Shown here piece by piece: positions 18,647 through 28,254 of a DNA stretch of 64,000 nt; the first letter of the stretch is position 1, and the number at the start of each line of letters is the position of its first letter. The notes below the pieces were generated by a model. It was given only the letters and a program-made list of their open reading frames with translations, did not search any database and had not been told where the DNA came from. The stretch spans positions 18,983-82,982 of the forward strand of contig JAWCNV010000005.1 in NCBI GenBank assembly GCA_038848185.1, given 5' to 3'. The position numbers and the translations under genes were made by a program. This stretch comes from Thermoproteota archaeon (GTDB lineage: Archaea; Thermoproteota; EX4484-205; JAAOZP01).

Positions 18647-20212
18647 TTGTCCAGAAAAAATGCTTTGAAGACACGTGATGGCGGTAGAAAAATAGTGTTA
18701 ACGGCCTCTGCGATTGAGATGAGCGATTTCAATCTAAACCCATTCATTGCTTTCGCGGGGGGTTTCCCAATGATCGCACCAAAGGGAACACTCCGGAAGA
18801 AGCTTTACCCTCCAACCCCTTTCAACGAAGATGGGACGGCTAAGTTCGCACCCTACGGCTTAAGGAAGGTAGAATCTCTACTTATAGATGAGTTTGGAGA
18901 GGAAAATGTTGTTACAGTATATCCTACGATGCTTGAAAGATTCGTTGGAGAAAAAACCAAGGTGGTTGGGATATCTTCAATGGACCCGCTTGGCATAGGG
19001 TTTGTCAGCAGAACATACACAAGTTTCGTCGGAATAAGTGGTAAGCCAATGACGACAATAGAGTTCGAAGAAATGTTGGCAAATCCTGCCTTAAGAAGAA
19101 AAAAGGTGAAAATAATACTTGGAGGAAGCGGGGCATGGCAGATCGTGGAGGCAGGGATTCAAGAGAAGCTTGGGATAGATACGGTTGTTATGGGAGAGGC
19201 AGAGGAGGATGTTGTTAACCTTTTCAGAAAGGCTGTTAACGGAGAGGCACTTCCAAAGCAGGTAGTATGTCGTAAGCCTAAGCCTGAAAGCATTCCGAGT
19301 ATTAAAAAAGCATCTCTCTTCGGCGTGGTTGAGGTGACACGGGGGTGCGGAAGAGGATGTCAATTCTGTTCACCAACCTTAAGGCAGAGGTACTCGTTCC
19401 CACTTGAACACATATTGAAGGAGGTTGAGCTGAATGCTAGAAGCGGGACTAGGATGATAACCATGCAGACAGATGACATCTTCCTCTACAAAACCCATCC
19501 GGGTTTCATACCTAATAGGGAGGCGGTGGTTGAACTCATAAGCTCAATAGCTAAGGTTGAAGGAGTTAACTATATGCAAATAGCACATGCCGCTCTCGCA
19601 CCAGTTGTATACAACCCTAAGATTGTCGAGGAAATAGCGCCTACACTCGTGGAGAAATCAATTTGGACTTATCTGAATAATCAGAAGTATGCAACTTTTG
19701 AAATAGGCATAGAGACTGGGAGCGTGAAGCTGATAGAGAAATACATGAAAGGGAAGATGCTGCCTTATCCTCCTGAGCAATGGCCAGACATCGTTGTTCA
19801 AGCCCTCGGAATATTGAACGATAACAACATATATCCGTTAGCTACTCTTATAACAGGTTTACCTTCTGAAACTGAAGAAGACGTTATTGCAACGCTTGAA
19901 TTATTAGACAGGTTGAAAAACGCTAAAATCCTGTACGTGCCACTTCTCTTCACATCAGAGGCGGATTGCATCCTGAACAGGGAAAGGCACGCTGACCTCC
20001 GTGGCTTAACTGAGCTCCACTGGGATGTTTTCTCCACATGCTGGAAGCATAACATTAAAACATGGACGGATGAAAAGTTTCAACGTTTAATTCGCGTAAT
20101 GAGTCTGGTTGCCTACGCAATGTATTACAGGTGGCTGCACGGCCCTAAGGCACTTAGACCTATTCTGAAGATTTCAGGCTGGGATGAACGGCTCTGGAGT
20201 AAAGCCAACTAG
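18647..20212 (+). CDS. Cobalamin-binding-type radical SAM enzyme resembling the GDGT ring synthase (Grs)/GMGT synthase (Gms) family
   Basis: TRGCGRGCQFC cluster motif. N-terminal IVLTAS...APYGLRKVESLL...TKVVGISSMDPLG...KIILGGSGAWQ matches my recollection of Grs-family signatures. Confidence 0.7.
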   Translation: MSRKNALKTRDGGRKIVLTASAIEMSDFNLNPFIAFAGGFPMIAPKGTLRKKLYPPTPFNEDGTAKFAPYGLRKVESLLIDEFGEENVVTVYPTMLERFVGEKTKVVGISSMDPLGIGFVSRTYTSFVGISGKPMTTIEFEEMLANPALRRKKVKIILGGSGAWQIVEAGIQEKLGIDTVVMGEAEEDVVNLFRKAVNGEALPKQVVCRKPKPESIPSIKKASLFGVVEVTRGCGRGCQFCSPTLRQRYSFPLEHILKEVELNARSGTRMITMQTDDIFLYKTHPGFIPNREAVVELISSIAKVEGVNYMQIAHAALAPVVYNPKIVEEIAPTLVEKSIWTYLNNQKYATFEIGIETGSVKLIEKYMKGKMLPYPPEQWPDIVVQALGILNDNNIYPLATLITGLPSETEEDVIATLELLDRLKNAKILYVPLLFTSEADCILNRERHADLRGLTELHWDVFSTCWKHNIKTWTDEKFQRLIRVMSLVAYAMYYRWLHGPKALRPILKISGWDERLWSKAN

Positions 20213-20499
20213 AAAACTTTCTGCTCATCCATACTTCTAAGCCTCTCGTCAACCATCTTAGCTATGTCAACAAGCCCGATGAGTACACAGGGCACTTCTT
20301 TAAGCCGGGCTAAGTCAGCCGTCAACTGGTCTTGCGTAACGATTACAAGCCTATTTTTCGAAGCATAGTCCACTATAGTAATATCTTCCGCACCCTTTAA
20401 ACCCACATCCTCAACAGATTGAGCATCCCAGCCGAGTATTCTTAGGAAATGTTTCAAGCCCGAATACATCTCATCCAGTAGGATCCCAGCCCGCTTCAT
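20209..20499 (-). CDS. DUF5615/Mut7-C-like PIN-fold protein
   Basis: ILLDEM, D-x-xI and IVTQD acidic PIN motifs; no cognate antitoxin adjacent. Confidence 0.75.
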   Translation of the reverse strand: MKRAGILLDEMYSGLKHFLRILGWDAQSVEDVGLKGAEDITIVDYASKNRLVIVTQDQLTADLARLKEVPCVLIGLVDIAKMVDERLRSMDEQKVF

Positions 20500-20609
20500 T
20501 TACACGTCCCAACATCTAAAAGTCTTTTAACCTTTCCTACTCTCCTGTTAAACAGGGCTAAAAATCCAAAACTCTTATAAAACTAGCCCCCATATTTACA
20601 CATAATCTA

Positions 20610-21728
20610 ATGTGGTTTCTTAGGAGTGATGCAGCAACCGTTTGGAAGGATGAGGAGGTGCAGAAGAGGCTTTCATGGTATAGAGCCGTTATGAAAGGCT
20701 CTAAGCCTGCGAAATTTCTGATAGCCAAGAGCATCTCGGCGTATGTCAGTGCCTCCAGTTTAAGAAACATGCGTGAAGAAGAACTTTGGAATCTGCATGA
20801 AGAACTTGTTGTAAAATTTAGAGACACCTATGAATCTGTAAAGAACGGGGAGATTTCTACGCTAGCCAGTCTAGATCCCAGTTTCCTGGATGTGAAAATA
20901 GCCTTGTCTGAAAAGCTTGTTGAACACTGCGAGTTTTGCGAGAGGCGGTGCAGAGTTAACCGGAAGGAGGGTAAACTAGGGTTTTGCAGAGTAGGGTATG
21001 AGAGCAGGGTCTCAACCTGGTTCCACCATTTTGGCGAGGAAGCACCCTTAATAGGAGAAGGAGGTTCAGGCACTATATTCTTCGCAGGCTGCAACTTCGG
21101 CCCATGTGTATTCTGCCAGAACTGGGATATCTCCTCAGACCCTGAGAACGGCGGAGAGGTTAATCCTCGAACCCTAGCATTAATAAGCAAACGCCTGAAA
21201 ATGGAGAAGGCAGCAAACATAAACTATGTTGGAGGAGACCCTACGCCAAACCTCCACACCATATTAGCATCTCTTAAGTATCTAGATGTTAATGTTCCTC
21301 AACTCTGGAACAGCAACATGTATTGCAGTACTGAGACGATGATGCTTTTAGCAGAACTCATAGACATATGGCTACCTGATTTCAAGTATGGAAATAACGA
21401 CTGTGCAAAAAGGCTTTCTAGAGTTGAAAATTATTTTAAAATAGTATCTAGGAACCATAGGATCGCTTCTGAGAATGGAGACGTAATAATAAGACATCTG
21501 GTTCTGCCTAACCACTTAGACTGCTGCACTAAACCTATTTTAAAATGGGTATCTGAAAACACTCCAAGAGCATTGGTCAATATAATGGGGCAGTATCATC
21601 CAGACTACTTGGTAGCTAGGAATCCCGGAATGTACCCTGACATATCTAGAAGACCTAATTCAAGCGAGATGCAAGAAGCCTATGATTATGCTAGGAAGCT
21701 TAAAATAGTTTTTGAGCCAGTATCGTAA
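20610..21728 (+). CDS. PflX-like radical SAM protein
   Basis: HCEFCERRCRVNR...GFC auxiliary Cys motif, FFAGCNFGPCVFCQNWDIS, GGDPTP, WNSNMY, DFKYGN and RHLVLP. Confidence 0.85.
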   Translation: MWFLRSDAATVWKDEEVQKRLSWYRAVMKGSKPAKFLIAKSISAYVSASSLRNMREEELWNLHEELVVKFRDTYESVKNGEISTLASLDPSFLDVKIALSEKLVEHCEFCERRCRVNRKEGKLGFCRVGYESRVSTWFHHFGEEAPLIGEGGSGTIFFAGCNFGPCVFCQNWDISSDPENGGEVNPRTLALISKRLKMEKAANINYVGGDPTPNLHTILASLKYLDVNVPQLWNSNMYCSTETMMLLAELIDIWLPDFKYGNNDCAKRLSRVENYFKIVSRNHRIASENGDVIIRHLVLPNHLDCCTKPILKWVSENTPRALVNIMGQYHPDYLVARNPGMYPDISRRPNSSEMQEAYDYARKLKIVFEPVS

Positions 21729-21732
21729 AAAA

Positions 21733-22653
21733 CTAACTTCTCTTCCAATAAGGCTCTTTCAGCATGATTGCTTCCATAAAACGTTTCCTCAGAAAATCCA
21801 TGTCAGCGCCGGAACGGATTGGCCCAACCATATCCACCAGATTATCATTTCGCAGGAGGCAGGGTTTTAACCTTCCGTCGCAAGTCACCCTAAGCTTAGA
21901 GCAGCGAGAACAGAACTCAGGGTTCCCAAAAGGAGAAACTATTTCTACAAGACCTTTAACTCCATTTTTTGAAAGCGTATAGATGACGCGTTGACCCGTC
22001 GAGTTAAGGGTTTTCATGGCTGATTTTGACGCTATAGATTTTTCTATATCGTCTAGATTCAAATGGAATTTTTCGAAAACCTGTTTATCACCGGGAATGG
22101 GTTGCAACTCTATCAGTTGCAGGACAGCACCTGTAGAACCAGTGTAGTCAAGCATCTCAGCAACATCCTCCTCGTTAACTCCTTTAAGAATAACCATGTT
22201 GATCTTGACAGGGTTTAAGTCGGCATCTATAGCAGCGTTTATCCCATTGAACACTTTACCTATTTCATGGCTCCCAGTTATCTCGCTATATTTTAATGAG
22301 TTTAGAGTTGGAAGATTCACGTTTACTCTGGAAAGCCCAGCCTCCTTAAGCCTTGAGGCATATTTCTCCAGCAGTATGCCGTTTGTAACAAGAGAAACCT
22401 CTTTGACTAACGGTGAAACCTCTTTGACTATTTCCACAACATCGTTCCTCATCAAAGGTTCTCCACCAGTTATCTTTATTTTCTCAACTCCAAAGCTGCA
22501 AGCCACTTCAACGATTCTTTTAATCTCGTTTAACGAGACGCATCTATTACTGGAAGGATCCCACTCCTTATGGCAAAAGAAACACTTTAGGTTGCAACTT
22601 TCTGTGACGCATATCCTGAGGTTCTTCACGCTTTTGCTAAGTGTGTTAACCAT
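21733..22653 (-). CDS. moaA: GTP 3',8-cyclase
   Basis: CNLKCFFCHKE, TGGEPL and C-terminal FCSRCSKLRVTCDGRLKPCL. Confidence 0.92.
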   Translation of the reverse strand: MVNTLSKSVKNLRICVTESCNLKCFFCHKEWDPSSNRCVSLNEIKRIVEVACSFGVEKIKITGGEPLMRNDVVEIVKEVSPLVKEVSLVTNGILLEKYASRLKEAGLSRVNVNLPTLNSLKYSEITGSHEIGKVFNGINAAIDADLNPVKINMVILKGVNEEDVAEMLDYTGSTGAVLQLIELQPIPGDKQVFEKFHLNLDDIEKSIASKSAMKTLNSTGQRVIYTLSKNGVKGLVEIVSPFGNPEFCSRCSKLRVTCDGRLKPCLLRNDNLVDMVGPIRSGADMDFLRKRFMEAIMLKEPYWKRS

Positions 22654-22739
22654 TCAACCAATAGGCTATAAAAACAGGTTATAAAAAGCTTTACCGTCTC
22701 AATCCAATTTTAAAGATTTCCTTTCTGACAGGCTTACTA

Positions 22740-23840
22740 TCACAAGTATGATCCATATTTTCTGATTAATCTCATATATTCTTGAAAAGCATTAAGCGAA
22801 ACATTTGGAGGGATACTATGATCAGAACAAGCTACATATCCTCCGTTCATCTTTGCTACCGGCAACTTCCTAGAAATTTCAGCCTCTATTTCTTCAGGGT
22901 CAGCCATCTTCCTAGCATCTAAATTCCCTATGAATGAAAGAGTCTTCCCGTATTTTTCTTTAAGCTCAATCACATCCATTCCGGCCTTCACTTCCAACGG
23001 TTGTATGGCAGTAAACCCTGCTTCGATTAATTTAGGAATGAGTAGATTCACGTTTCCATCCGTGTGGATTATAGTTGGCATTTTCTTTGCCCTGTAAGAC
23101 GAGGTCATTTGAATGTGCACGGGCTTTACAAGCTCCTCGTAAATCTTTGGAGAGAAAAACGGTCCCTTATTGTAGGCAATATCTTCCCAGACCCATAGTC
23201 CATCAACCCCTAATTCAAGATAGGTTTCTACAATCTTAGAGAAATACTTACCTAGGTGTCTGAAAATATACTTTACGAGACTTGGGTCTCGATGGATAGC
23301 GATCAAAACCCTGTCAACGCTTTCTCCAAGTATGTGCCTAGTTGTTTCAAAAGGTCCTATTATTGAACAGAAAACTGCGTAACGCTCCTTTAGTCTTTCT
23401 ATGCCTTTCTCCAGCTCTCCTTTAAACGGGTATCTGCTACTTGAAACTCTAATCGGTAACTCGGGGTCTAGGAGAGGTTCAAGCCTTTCTTTGAAGTCTT
23501 CGACCGTTGAAACGGAGGGGGGACCTGCAGGATGAGGAGTGCCACTTCTTCCGATCCAAGCTTTTACCTTTACTCCCCAAGAGTCTACATATGTCCTAAA
23601 CTTATCATTCTCTTCAAGTACGACAGTATCGTATTTTGGACTAACATCAGGACCTATTAGATAAATGTCGAAGCCAAAGTAATCGTTCAAGGAGACTCCT
23701 CTAGGTAAGCCTTCACTATACCATCTTTCCAAAGTCTCTTCCCACGGAAAATCTATGAATGGAACCCTGTCAGCTTCTTCATGATTTAACGTTTTCAACA
23801 CTCTTTCTCTAGAATCCATGTCTTTACTTACTTTAATCAC
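22740..23840 (-). CDS. Uroporphyrinogen decarboxylase / MtaA-CmuA superfamily protein
   Basis: N-terminal SRERV...DRVP, GPFE, EDIAY, HTDG, GNLD and DHSIPP. Confidence 0.8.
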   Translation of the reverse strand: MIKVSKDMDSRERVLKTLNHEEADRVPFIDFPWEETLERWYSEGLPRGVSLNDYFGFDIYLIGPDVSPKYDTVVLEENDKFRTYVDSWGVKVKAWIGRSGTPHPAGPPSVSTVEDFKERLEPLLDPELPIRVSSSRYPFKGELEKGIERLKERYAVFCSIIGPFETTRHILGESVDRVLIAIHRDPSLVKYIFRHLGKYFSKIVETYLELGVDGLWVWEDIAYNKGPFFSPKIYEELVKPVHIQMTSSYRAKKMPTIIHTDGNVNLLIPKLIEAGFTAIQPLEVKAGMDVIELKEKYGKTLSFIGNLDARKMADPEEIEAEISRKLPVAKMNGGYVACSDHSIPPNVSLNAFQEYMRLIRKYGSYL

Positions 23841-23884
23841 CTACTTAAGATTTTTAGGCTTCGGCAGCAACATTCTTTAGGCTC

Positions 23885-25117
23885 TTAACCCGGCTTCCTA
23901 GTAGCATTGTTCTTCCTTATGACGATCAGGAGCAATGGTGTTGAAATAAGTGTTAGAACACTGGCAGCGTAAAATATTGAATTCGGCCCAAAAGATTCCC
24001 AGAAGAATCCGCCAATGGCGCCGCCCAGCATCCCGCTTAAACCATTACTCAACTCTATAAAGCCCATGGCCTCTCCAAGATTTTCACCTTGACAAAGCTC
24101 TGCTGTAAGAGTTCTTCTAGCAGGAAGATCCATGGCGCCTACAAGCCCGAATAGGAAAACATATAACAACATTGATTCTAGACTACTTGACAATGCGAGC
24201 AGAGCCCAAGCCGGTGAGGATATTAATAGGTGCATCAGCAATATTTTTCCACTTCCCCTTCTCGTTGTGACCCATCCCCATGGAAGGAAACCTATGGCTG
24301 ACCCAACATTCCAAATTGCAACAACCATCCCAACCCCCGCCATATCTAAGCCGACTATCTTCTGTGCAAAAAGCGTGACGTAAGGATTTATCATGAAAAA
24401 CCCCAATTCGTGGAATAGTAGAGAAAAACCGTAGAAACCCAGATGAGGCTTCTGCTTGAGCATACGTAGCATTGCTCTGACGTTAACTGAATGTGAAAGA
24501 ACCCGTAACCCATTTCCCTTGAACCCGCCTCCGCCCTTACTGATGTAAAGAAAATAGATTGGGATTGACGCTAGGAAAATTATGGAAGCGGCAAGGAAGG
24601 CAAACTCCATCGCGAAAACGTTTGAAACCCATCCGGATGCGAAGGAGCTGAGCGATGCTCCTACCAGCGTTGCAAGATAGAATACTGCGAAGAAGACGGG
24701 AGCCTTAGAAGATTCAACACTCTCAAATATTAGAGCACTGGTATTAGGTGTGAAGAACGCTATTGAAAAACCTATAAGAACATATAGCGATATTGCTGTA
24801 AAAGCGTTCGTTAGAAAATATACTAGTATACACGCGACCATACCTAGAAAACTTGAGAGTATTAATGGGGCACGCCTCCCAATAATATCGGAGAGCCTGC
24901 CGCACGGCATTGAGGCAAAGCCGATGATGCCCCAGCTGACTGAGTTTAATAAGCCTATTTGACCAGGAGAAAACCCCCTGTTGTTCAAGAAGGGGGAGAC
25001 TACTGTCCCCTGCATTGAAGAGGCTGCCTGATAGACCGTACCTCCTATAAGAACCCCCCTAAACTCCCTGTCTTTCCACTCTTTCCCAACCATTGTCGAA
25101 GATGTGTTTAGCCTCAT
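23885..25117 (-). CDS. MFS transporter
   Basis: About 12 TM segments and motif A GRLSDIIGRR. Confidence 0.9.
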   Translation of the reverse strand: MRLNTSSTMVGKEWKDREFRGVLIGGTVYQAASSMQGTVVSPFLNNRGFSPGQIGLLNSVSWGIIGFASMPCGRLSDIIGRRAPLILSSFLGMVACILVYFLTNAFTAISLYVLIGFSIAFFTPNTSALIFESVESSKAPVFFAVFYLATLVGASLSSFASGWVSNVFAMEFAFLAASIIFLASIPIYFLYISKGGGGFKGNGLRVLSHSVNVRAMLRMLKQKPHLGFYGFSLLFHELGFFMINPYVTLFAQKIVGLDMAGVGMVVAIWNVGSAIGFLPWGWVTTRRGSGKILLMHLLISSPAWALLALSSSLESMLLYVFLFGLVGAMDLPARRTLTAELCQGENLGEAMGFIELSNGLSGMLGGAIGGFFWESFGPNSIFYAASVLTLISTPLLLIVIRKNNATRKPG

Positions 25118-25199
25118 CTTAAGTTTTTCAGAATGCTACTTCAAGCCTCCATCTTTAAACAGAAAGTTATTTAACTATGTTTTGAAAACATAATACTGT

Positions 25200-26525
25200 T
25201 TGATGAAGAACCCGGAGATAGTGTTTAGAAAATATAGGCCGGGGGATGAGGAGAGCATTGTCTCAGTAATGAACTCTAGTTTTGACACTTTCCGTGACTT
25301 CGGACTAACTAAGGAGCTTTGGCTAGAATATGAGAAGATAGATCCCGGTTTTAAGGCAGAGAACGCTTTAGTGGCGGAGTATGATGGTAAGATAGTTGGC
25401 CATGTTCAAATAATTCGTCGAAAAGTGAAGCTTGGAGATAAGCTTTACGTGAACATGGGAGGCATAGCAAATGTTTCGACAATACCTGAAGCAAGGAGGA
25501 GAGGAATAAGTACAACATTATTGACAAACGCTATAGACTACTGTGTGAAAGAGAGAATACCGTTAAGCGGTCTTTTTACAGGGTACGGTAGTGTGGCCCA
25601 CAGGGTGTATCGGCGAGTAGGTTATGAAGATACTGCTCTATTCACCTCTTTCATGGGAACCGTTGATGAGATGAAGCGTGTAAAAGACAACTGCGGGGAA
25701 GCTAGTAATATACAGGTCAGACATTACGAGAAGGGGGACGAGAAGGAAATCCTAGAAACTTATGTCGAATGGAGCAAAGCCTATAGTGGAATTGTTGAAA
25801 GAAGCTTAGAGTATTGGAGAAAGAAGCTTGTTGAAAGAAGCACAGTCTTCACTTTTTTCTACGGAGATTTTGATCCAGGAGAAGTCTTCATCGCAATTGA
25901 AAACGGGAAGATCGCCGGATATGCCTATGTCACGCTCTGCAAGAAGAGGAGAATTCCGTACCGGCCTCCGGAGGCAGCTATAATAAGGGAGATCGCGTTT
26001 AAACCCGGGCATTTCAAAGCCTTATCCAGCTTGATAGATTCTATCATGGATTTCTTCATCTCCGAGGATGTTAAACTATGTGAAGCATGTTTTCCAGAGG
26101 ATGAGGCCTACCTGAATATTTTTAGACCGTTTAGACAAATGCCTCAAAGCGTTTTCATGGCCCATATACCCCTGATTGAAAAACTGTTTGAAGAAGTGAG
26201 AGGAAACCTGGAGGAGAGGCTGAGTCTAACACCCTACGTAGGAAGTAGATTAGTGATAGGGTTTGAAACACCTTATGGAAGCATGAAACTCGGCCTCAAC
26301 GGCGGGGAATTAAGCTTACAATCGGAAGAAGAACCTATGGTAAAAATCTTCTTCGACTCAAACTGCTTCACCAGAATGCTTTTCGGAATAGAAACTATAC
26401 AGGACTTGATACGTGAAAACATGGTTAGAATACATACAACCCAATACCTCGGAAAAGTAATCTCTGTTGTTCAAGCACTTTTCCCGAAGAGAACATGGTT
26501 TATCAGCCCAATAGACCACTGGTAA
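25200..26525 (+). CDS. Eis-like tandem GNAT acetyltransferase with SCP2-like C-terminus
   Basis: GIANVSTIPEARRRG acetyl-CoA motif, YRRVGYE, a second GNAT fold and a beta-rich C-terminal domain. Confidence 0.8.
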   Translation: MMKNPEIVFRKYRPGDEESIVSVMNSSFDTFRDFGLTKELWLEYEKIDPGFKAENALVAEYDGKIVGHVQIIRRKVKLGDKLYVNMGGIANVSTIPEARRRGISTTLLTNAIDYCVKERIPLSGLFTGYGSVAHRVYRRVGYEDTALFTSFMGTVDEMKRVKDNCGEASNIQVRHYEKGDEKEILETYVEWSKAYSGIVERSLEYWRKKLVERSTVFTFFYGDFDPGEVFIAIENGKIAGYAYVTLCKKRRIPYRPPEAAIIREIAFKPGHFKALSSLIDSIMDFFISEDVKLCEACFPEDEAYLNIFRPFRQMPQSVFMAHIPLIEKLFEEVRGNLEERLSLTPYVGSRLVIGFETPYGSMKLGLNGGELSLQSEEEPMVKIFFDSNCFTRMLFGIETIQDLIRENMVRIHTTQYLGKVISVVQALFPKRTWFISPIDHW

Positions 26526-26563
26526 GGAAATGGTAAGATAAAATGGTTTGTTGACAGAAGATT

Positions 26564-26773
26564 TTACCTGACTTTTAGGTTCGGATACCGGCTCCTTATG
26601 AAGCTCTCCACAGATCTATCATATGTTTTCTCCGCCTCCTTTGAAAAGAAGCATGCAGGCAACTCGTTATGTGCCCTATGATAGCTTATGCATTCACAAC
26701 ATACTCCTTTCCTAGGACAGTCAGGCCATGTGCATGGACAGTTCTTCAAATTTCTTTCCTTCTTGCATTCCAT
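26564..26773 (-). CDS. Small Cys-rich protein (DUF6485-like)
   Basis: CPCTWPDCPRKGVCCECISYH...ELPACFF. Confidence 0.75.
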   Translation of the reverse strand: MECKKERNLKNCPCTWPDCPRKGVCCECISYHRAHNELPACFFSKEAEKTYDRSVESFIRSRYPNLKVR

Positions 26774-26856
26774 GAGTAAGAGGTTTAACTCTTGATATTT
26801 TAATTTTTACGCTGAAATTAGGGATGTGTGAATAGGTTTATAATACTCTGAATAAA

Positions 26857-28233
26857 ATGGTAACCATGGTTAAGATAACTGTTATTGGTGCAGGAAGCCT
26901 AGCTTGGTCAGCAACCCTGGTTCGCGACCTATGTTTGACACCAAGCTTAGGTAAGTCTACAGTTATATTCATGGATATTAACGAGGAGAGGCTGGAGCTG
27001 ATTCACGCTTTCGCGAAAAGATATGCTTCAGAGGTTAAAGCGGATCTGGTCTTCGAGAAAACAACTGACAGGAGGGAGGCAGTAAGAGATGCGGATATCG
27101 TGATAAACACGGCTATGGTTGGGGGCCACTCCTACTATGAGGATATGAGAAAGGTTTCTGAGAAACACGGCTATTATAGAGGAATAAACAGCGTTGAATG
27201 GAACATGGTTTCAGACTACCATACAATATGGGGATACTACCAGTTTAAGCTGGCTTTAAGCATCGCAAGAGACATTGAGGAATTAAGCCCAGAGGCTTGG
27301 CTTCTTCAACTCGCCAACCCTGTTTTCGAGCTTACCACCCTCATAAGCAGGGAGACTAAAACCAGAGTCATAGGGCTTTGTCATGGACACCTAGGATATA
27401 TAGAAATAGCTAGCGTTCTAGGGCTTGACCCTAAGGATGTTGATTTTGAAGCAACAGGTTTCAACCATGTAATCTGGTTAACCAAGTTTAAGCATAATGG
27501 AGAAGACGCTTACCCTCTCATAGATGACTGGATTAAGAACAAGGCTGAAGAATATTGGAAAGTGTGGCGTGAGAATCAAGTAAACCCATTCAATATTCAG
27601 ATGTCTCCGGCAGCAGTAGACATGTATAGAATCTACGGGCTCTTCCCTGTTGGAGACACTGTCAGAGGAGGAACATGGAAGTACCATTGGAACCTGGAAA
27701 CAAAGCGGAAATGGTACGGGTCGCTTGCAAGCCCTGATTCTGAAACCGGTTGGGAAGTATACTTGAGTATGCTTCAATACAATTTTGACACCATAGCGTC
27801 GGCAATAAAGAATCCTGATGTTCCTTTGACAACCGTGCTGTCTCCTCAGCTGAGCCATGAATCCGTGGTCCCCATAATAGATTCTTTAATGAACGATAAG
27901 GAAGGAGTCTATCAGGTTAACGTTTTGAACAAGGGTGTTATAGAGAGCTTACCTGATAATGTTGCTGTCGAAATCCCTGCGAAGGTTGACGGTAAAGGCG
28001 TTCACAGGGTGAAGGTTGAGAGACTGCCAAGACGTGTAGTAAACTATGTTCTTCACCCTAGGATGATGAGGATGGAGTGGGCTCTAGAAGCCTTCTTGGA
28101 AGGGGGCAGAGACACTTTGTTCGAATGGTTGATAATCGACCCTAGAACTAAATCCACAGAGCAGGTTAATCAAGTTATAGATGATCTTCTCTCCATGCCG
28201 GAGAACTTGGGGATAGCGAAACATTTCAAGTAA
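26857..28233 (+). CDS. GH4 NAD+-dependent glycosidase, closest in motifs to Thermotoga-type alpha-glucuronidase/alpha-glucosidase
   Basis: IGAGS, YYRGINSVEWNMVS, ANPVFE, GLCHG, GFNH, MSPAAVDMY and WKYHWNLETK. Confidence 0.9.
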   Translation: MVTMVKITVIGAGSLAWSATLVRDLCLTPSLGKSTVIFMDINEERLELIHAFAKRYASEVKADLVFEKTTDRREAVRDADIVINTAMVGGHSYYEDMRKVSEKHGYYRGINSVEWNMVSDYHTIWGYYQFKLALSIARDIEELSPEAWLLQLANPVFELTTLISRETKTRVIGLCHGHLGYIEIASVLGLDPKDVDFEATGFNHVIWLTKFKHNGEDAYPLIDDWIKNKAEEYWKVWRENQVNPFNIQMSPAAVDMYRIYGLFPVGDTVRGGTWKYHWNLETKRKWYGSLASPDSETGWEVYLSMLQYNFDTIASAIKNPDVPLTTVLSPQLSHESVVPIIDSLMNDKEGVYQVNVLNKGVIESLPDNVAVEIPAKVDGKGVHRVKVERLPRRVVNYVLHPRMMRMEWALEAFLEGGRDTLFEWLIIDPRTKSTEQVNQVIDDLLSMPENLGIAKHFK

Positions 28234-28254
28234 TTATTGAATACGTTCAGTAGC

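Noticed and set aside
20209-20212. Convergent genes sharing CTAG stop codons
   Set aside because: Common in compact genomes; no further signal.
16757-22653. Radical SAM and PIN genes between moaD/E/C/B and moaA as a novel Moco-modifying pathway
   Set aside because: They are on the opposite strand or separately promoted and resemble unrelated families; proximity alone is insufficient.
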